Shown: positions 59,767 to 64,000 of the stretch, piece by piece
Position numbering within the stretch: the first letter of the stretch is position 1
Layout of the letters: each line of letters starts with the position of its first letter
Source of the DNA: Acidobacteriota bacterium
Lineage (GTDB): Bacteria; Acidobacteriota; Vicinamibacteria; Vicinamibacterales; CAVVIG01
Assembly: GCA_043743165.1 (NCBI GenBank)
Contig: JAYTXA010000033.1
Coordinates: 4,624-68,623, forward strand
Length of the DNA: 64,000 nt
Direction of reading: 5' to 3'
Program-made: the position numbers and the translations under genes
Notes under the pieces: model-generated
Database searches by the model: none
What the model was told of the DNA's origin: nothing
What the model saw: only the letters and a program-made list of their open reading frames with translations

Positions 59767-60734
59767 GCGACGTCACCCACGCCCTGCAGGAGGCGTTCGG
59801 CATCGAACGCGTGCTGGCCGAGGCGTCACTGCGCGACCTCACCACGTTCCATGTTGGCGGGCCGGCGCAGTGGTTGCTCGAAACCAGAGAATCCGATGAG
59901 GTCGTGACGGCCCTCCGGCTCGCGCATGCGGCTGGCATACCGGTGGTGCTCCTTGGTGGGGGCTCCAACGTTCTGGTAGCCGACAGTGGCGTGCGAGGGC
60001 TTGTGATCCGTCCGAGGGGTGGCGCCATCGTGCAACTGGATGCCGCGCACCTTCGCACCGACGCGGCGATGACGATCAACGGCCTCGTGCGCTGGACGAT
60101 CACGCACGGGCTGGCCGGCATCGAAGCATGGGCCGGCACACCAGGCACGGTTGGCGGGGCCGTCTTCGGCAACGCGCATTTCGGTGGGCGACTCATCAGC
60201 GAGCTGCTTTCGTCCGTGCGGTTGTGCAGCCGGCAAGGTGTTGTGTCGGAAGTCGCTCGGTCCGCCTTGGGGTTCGGTTACGATCGAAGTCGGCTGCAGG
60301 CGACCGGCGAAGTATTGCTGTCGGCAGACTTCATTGTCTCGCCCGGTGATCCGGCGGTGCTGCGGGCCGCGGCACGCCGCTCGCTCGACTACCGCAAGCG
60401 GACGCAGCCGCTGCACCTGCCGAGCGCCGGTTGCGTGTTCCAGAATCCGGTGCCGGAACTGGACGTGGTGCCGCAGGGGATGCCGTGGTCGGCCGGCGCG
60501 CTGGTCGATCGGGCGGGGTTGAAAGGGGCGGCGCTCGGAGGGGCTCGTGTGTCGTCGACGCATGGCAACTTCATCGTGAACGATGGCGGCGCCACCGCGT
60601 CGGACATCCGTCGCCTTATCGAGCAGTGCCGGACGGCGGTTCGTGACCAGTTCGGGGTGGAGTTGCGGGAGGAGATCGTCTACCTCGGCGACTTCTCGGA
60701 CGTCACCCGACACGCCGATGGCCCCACAATCTGA
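59763..60734 (+). CDS. murB: UDP-N-acetylenolpyruvoylglucosamine reductase
   Basis: ORF 59688..60734 trimmed to ATG 59763. ..LTTFHVGGPA.. ..VLLGGGSNVLV.. ..PSAGCVFQNP.. ..HGNFIVN.. Confidence 0.92.
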   Translation: MSDVTHALQEAFGIERVLAEASLRDLTTFHVGGPAQWLLETRESDEVVTALRLAHAAGIPVVLLGGGSNVLVADSGVRGLVIRPRGGAIVQLDAAHLRTDAAMTINGLVRWTITHGLAGIEAWAGTPGTVGGAVFGNAHFGGRLISELLSSVRLCSRQGVVSEVARSALGFGYDRSRLQATGEVLLSADFIVSPGDPAVLRAAARRSLDYRKRTQPLHLPSAGCVFQNPVPELDVVPQGMPWSAGALVDRAGLKGAALGGARVSSTHGNFIVNDGGATASDIRRLIEQCRTAVRDQFGVELREEIVYLGDFSDVTRHADGPTI

Positions 60735-60761
60735 CTCTGACTTCTGACTTCTGACTTCTGA
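60735..60761 (+). repeat. tandem heptamer repeat (CTCTGA + 3 x CTTCTGA) in the murB-murA spacer
   Basis: Read directly: TGActcTGActtcTGActtcTGActtcTGAactgccATG. TGA occurs in all three frames. Confidence 0.9.
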
Positions 60762-60767
60762 ACTGCC

Positions 60768-62024
60768 ATGTCCACACTCCTGATTGAAGGCGGTCGCCGC
60801 CTTTCCGGCTCAGTCGCCGTCGAAGGCAACAAGAACGCCGCGTTGCCGCTGCTGGCCGCGTGCCTGCTCACCTCCGAAGAGTGCGTGCTGCACAACATGC
60901 CGCGCATCCGCGACGTCGAGGTCATGGCGCAACTGCTCGTCGATCTTGGCGCCACGGTCGAGGGCATTGGCACGACCACGGTGCGGGTGCGCTGCCCGGA
61001 GGTGGTCAAGGACGAACCGGACGGCGCGATGGTCGGCCGCCTCCGCGGGTCGGTGCTGCTGCTCGGGCCGCTGCTCGCGCGGCGCGGCAAGGCCATCCTC
61101 GCGCCTCCCGGCGGCGACTTCCCGGCGCGGCGCACCATCTCCACCCATCTCGAGGCGCTCGTCGCCATGGGCGCACGCGTGCTCGACCTGCCGGGGCACG
61201 TGCTCGAGTGCCCCGACGGTCTGAAGCCGACGTCAATCTACCTCTACGAAGCGTCGGTCACCGGCACCGAAACCGCCCTGCTGGCTGCGGCGGCCGCGCC
61301 TGGGGTCAGCGAAATCAGGCACGCCGCGCAGGAACCGCACGTCGTGGAACTCTGCAACTTCCTCCAGAAGCTGGGTGTCGGCATCACCGGCGCTGGGTCC
61401 TCGACCATCAGGATCGAGGGCGGGGCGAAGCTTGGCGCGGCCTCGCACACGCTGTGGGGCGACTACATCGAAGCCGGGAGCTGGGCGGTAGTGGCGGCGA
61501 TCACCGGCGGCGAGATCGACGTCCGCGGTGCACGCGCCGACGACCTCGAAGTGATCGGTGCGGTGCTCAAGCGGCTGAACATCCAGTGTTTGATGGTGGG
61601 CGACGTCTTCCGCGTCGAGCAGTCGAAGCCGATGGCTGCCGGCCGCATCACCACCGGTCTGTGGCCAGGCTTCCCGAGCGACCTTGTCAGTCTCGTTACC
61701 GTGCTGGCGACGCAGGCCGATGGGCGCACGCTGGTGCACGACTGGCTGTACGAACTGCGGCTCTTCGCCCTCGAGCAGATGAGCGGCATGAGTGCCGACC
61801 TGTTCCTCTGCGACCCGCACCGCATCATCGTCACCGGTCCGCGCAAGCTGCGTGGACGTCCGCTCGACAGCCGCGATCTGCGGTCGGGGATGGCGCTGAT
61901 TGCCGCGGCGCTGGCGGCCGACGGCGAGAGCCGCGTCACACCGCTCGAGACGGTCGAGCGCGGCTACGCGCAGCTGGTCGATCGGTTGAAGGGGCTGGGC
62001 GCGGCGGTGACGCGGCTGGGCTGA
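60768..62024 (+). CDS. murA: UDP-N-acetylglucosamine 1-carboxyvinyltransferase
   Basis: MSTLLIEGGRRLSGSVAVEGNKNAALPLLAACLL.. ..PGGDFPARR (Asp in place of the usual active-site Cys, as in some lineages).. ..RGYAQLVDRLKGLGA.. Confidence 0.95.
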   Translation: MSTLLIEGGRRLSGSVAVEGNKNAALPLLAACLLTSEECVLHNMPRIRDVEVMAQLLVDLGATVEGIGTTTVRVRCPEVVKDEPDGAMVGRLRGSVLLLGPLLARRGKAILAPPGGDFPARRTISTHLEALVAMGARVLDLPGHVLECPDGLKPTSIYLYEASVTGTETALLAAAAAPGVSEIRHAAQEPHVVELCNFLQKLGVGITGAGSSTIRIEGGAKLGAASHTLWGDYIEAGSWAVVAAITGGEIDVRGARADDLEVIGAVLKRLNIQCLMVGDVFRVEQSKPMAAGRITTGLWPGFPSDLVSLVTVLATQADGRTLVHDWLYELRLFALEQMSGMSADLFLCDPHRIIVTGPRKLRGRPLDSRDLRSGMALIAAALAADGESRVTPLETVERGYAQLVDRLKGLGAAVTRLG

Positions 62025-62047
62025 AGAAGGCCCGGTCGGCCCGTCGA

Positions 62048-63919
62048 CTAGCGCGGCTGCTGTCCGGCGCTCGGAAGCACCGGACGCTGGGCGGTGCCTT
62101 GCGGCGGCGCGGTGGGCGTGCCAGGCACGCCCGGTACTGCGGGCTGTGCCGGTGCCGGCTGCGCCGGCGTATCGCGAGCCGGCGTGTCGCCGGGCTGGAA
62201 CGCCGGCAGGAACGACGGCAACTGAATCGCCGGCGCACCGGAGTCGCGTCCAACCCTGAACGCCAGCAGGTCGCTCTCGTCGAGATCGAGCACCCGGACG
62301 ATATGCGGCGTCAGGGTAAGGATGATGTCGGTCTGGCTGTTCTCCATGCGCGAGTGCGCGAACAGCCGGCCGATGACCGGCAAGTCGCTCAGGCCCGGCA
62401 ATCCCTCCAGCACCTTCCGCTCGTCGTCGCGGATCAAGCCCGCGAGCATGTTCGTCTCGCCGTCGCGCAGGCGAATCACCGTGCTGATCTCGCGGTTGCC
62501 GAACGTGGGCAGCCCGCCGAACCCGGTCCCCGAGATGCTCTGCACCGAGATCTTCAGGCTCAGCGTCACGTCATCGTCGTGGTGCGTGCGCGGCGTGATG
62601 TCGATGTTGACGCCGATGTTCTCGTAGTTGAACGAGGTGATCGGCTGCTGCGCGGCGCCGCCCTGGGCGAACGGCGTGAACGTGGTGACCGGCACCGGGA
62701 CGCGCTCGCCGAAGCGGGCCTGCGCCGGCATACCTTCCGACGTTCGGAGCTGCGGGTTGGCCAGCGTGCGCGTATTCGTGTCGGTCTTGAGCAGCCGGTA
62801 GTAGAGCGACGGCAGGTTAGCCAGCAGCACGTCGGACTGCGTGAGGCTGCGCAGCGCGCGCAGGTTCAGGGTGCTGTTCGAGGCGCCGGCCGACCCATTG
62901 AGGCCGGGCGACCCGGGCGAGGCGATCTGCAGCCCGTATTCCTGAAGGCGCGTGCGATCCACCTCCAGCAGTTCGACGTCGATGATCACTTCGGGGCGGG
63001 CCTTGTCGATCGCCGAGATGACCCGTGCCGCCGCGGCAATGCGTTCCGGCGTGTCCTTCACCGTGATGGCATTGGTGGCCGTGACGGGGGAGACCCGCCG
63101 CGCATCGAGGACCATGCGCAGCAGGTCCATCGTCTCCTTGAGGTCGGCGTTGCTCAGGTAGAAAGTGCGAACGACCTCCTCCTCGAACTCGCGCCGCTTG
63201 GTCGGCGTGTCCGGGATGATGAGGACGCTGCGTCCGCCGGTGACGCGGTAGAAACTCTGCGTCGTCTCGGACACGGTGCGAAGGGCGGCCTCCAGCGTGT
63301 TATTGCGGAGGTCGATGGTGAGCGGCGCATCGCGAAAGGTCGGATCGAAGCTCAGGCTGATGTTCGCGAACCGCGCGATTGCGAGGTAGACGTCGCGGCT
63401 GCTGGCCTCGCGGAACACGAGCGAGGTGGGCAGCCGGACATCGCTCGGCAGGCCGAGGCCGACTGGCGGTGTGTCGCGCGCCCGCTCGATCAGCGTCTGC
63501 AGTTCCGTCTTGCCCTCGCGGGCGATCGCCACCTTCGTCCGGAGTTGCGAGCGCACGTCGCGCAGTGCGGCATCGATCTCACTGTTCGTGGGATTGAGCT
63601 CCAGCGCCAGCTCGTACTCGACCAGGGCCTGATCGAGTTTGCCGGTGGCCGCCAGCCGGCGAGCCGACTGAAGGTGATCATTCGAGGCCCTGAGCTTGGC
63701 CCGCTCGAGCGCCTGTCTGGCGCCCGCATCGTCGGGATGCTGCCGCAGCACGTTGGTGTACTCCGCGACGGCCATGTCGTAGTCCTGTCGCTGCTCGGCC
63801 GCCGAGCCGCGCCGCAGTGCCGACGACGTGGCACAGCCGGTTGCCAGAAGGGCAACGGTGACGAGGCCGAGGACGCGAGCGCGGTTAACGCCCGCCACTA
63901 TCAGTAATGACATCAACAC
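62048..63919 (-). CDS. secretin (type II/III/IV-pilus secretion family) with N-terminal lipobox and TPR-like module
   Basis: Secretin core ..ANPQLRTSEGMPAQARFGERVPVP.. ..IGVNIDITPRT.. ..GLPGLSDLPVIGRLF.. N0/N1-like domains. N-terminus ..RVLGLVTVALLATGC.. followed by TPR-like helices. Pro/Ala-rich tail. The start may be GTG 63919, ATG 63913 or a GTG near 63898. Confidence 0.88.
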   Translation of the reverse strand: MLMSLLIVAGVNRARVLGLVTVALLATGCATSSALRRGSAAEQRQDYDMAVAEYTNVLRQHPDDAGARQALERAKLRASNDHLQSARRLAATGKLDQALVEYELALELNPTNSEIDAALRDVRSQLRTKVAIAREGKTELQTLIERARDTPPVGLGLPSDVRLPTSLVFREASSRDVYLAIARFANISLSFDPTFRDAPLTIDLRNNTLEAALRTVSETTQSFYRVTGGRSVLIIPDTPTKRREFEEEVVRTFYLSNADLKETMDLLRMVLDARRVSPVTATNAITVKDTPERIAAAARVISAIDKARPEVIIDVELLEVDRTRLQEYGLQIASPGSPGLNGSAGASNSTLNLRALRSLTQSDVLLANLPSLYYRLLKTDTNTRTLANPQLRTSEGMPAQARFGERVPVPVTTFTPFAQGGAAQQPITSFNYENIGVNIDITPRTHHDDDVTLSLKISVQSISGTGFGGLPTFGNREISTVIRLRDGETNMLAGLIRDDERKVLEGLPGLSDLPVIGRLFAHSRMENSQTDIILTLTPHIVRVLDLDESDLLAFRVGRDSGAPAIQLPSFLPAFQPGDTPARDTPAQPAPAQPAVPGVPGTPTAPPQGTAQRPVLPSAGQQPR

Positions 63920-64000
63920 CGCGCGGCATCCGAAACGTGAATTCCTTGTCGGCGAGCCCGACGTTCTCCTTCATATTCGAGAAAGAGAAGACCGAGGTTC
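63885..64000 (-). CDS. 3' end of an upstream gene in the secretin operon (unknown function), 5' part outside the window
   Basis: Own translation of the best-biased minus frame: ..TSVFSFSNMKENVGLADKEFTFRMPRGVDVITDSGGR*, stop TAA at 63885-63887. It overlaps the annotated secretin start. Confidence 0.3.
   Translation of the reverse strand, partial: TSVFSFSNMKENVGLADKEFTFRMPRGVDVITDSGGR

Noticed and set aside
60735-60761. Short tandem repeats as a possible CRISPR array or phase-variation switch
   Set aside because: The units are 7 nt with no spacers, and only about 4 copies are present. The array lies outside coding sequence, so it cannot shift a reading frame. No cas genes are present.
60860-63907. 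1015-aa plus-strand ORF, the longest in the track
   Set aside because: It runs out of frame through murA and then antisense through the whole secretin gene. It is Arg/Ala/Gly-dominated and domain-less. Both overlapped genes have unambiguous family signatures.

Overview
High-G+C (roughly two-thirds G+C by eye) bacterial chromosomal window, very densely coded: about 60 protein genes. I found no rRNA, tRNA or CRISPR. About 20 adjacent gene pairs share 4-nt ATGA/GTGA start/stop overlaps. Protein signatures (acidobacterial-type VWA protein, Gly-rich TonB, plant/cyanobacterial-type IspH, GroEL sequence) suggest an Acidobacteriota-like organism; this is inference only.

Content is mostly housekeeping:
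- Minus-strand array: ECF sigma/anti-sigma, ispH, Spy-like protein, TolC-MFP-RND efflux (1-7.9 kb).
- pckA-gatB-ftsEX, glycerate kinase, RNase R, and a hidden 52-aa tatA that is absent from the ORF track.
- tonB, groESL with two CIRCE-like operators, purC, and nrdR followed by an NtrY/NtrX-like two-component pair.
- pgpA-cinA, plsY-gpsA, ftsY-ribD-ribE-ribBA, ffh-rpsP-KH-rimM-trmD-rplS-rnhB.
- thiE, a RodZ-like protein, PolX.
- A translationally coupled nagZ-ldcA-mpl-pxpB-pxpC-murB(-murA) peptidoglycan recycling/synthesis operon.
- A lipobox+TPR-fused secretin at the right edge.

The only clear accessory DNA is a ~3.4-kb lower-G+C islet (51.2-54.7 kb). It is bounded by a perfect 12-bp direct repeat and carries a secreted MBL-fold hydrolase, a complete ECF41 sigma/CMD module with its signature promoter, and an IS3-family transposase remnant.

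I did not find a convincing new multi-gene system (no defence, CRISPR, RT or toxin-like genes). The findings below are modest oddities, ranked honestly. Many long ORFs in the track are antisense shadow ORFs typical of high-G+C DNA and were rejected.
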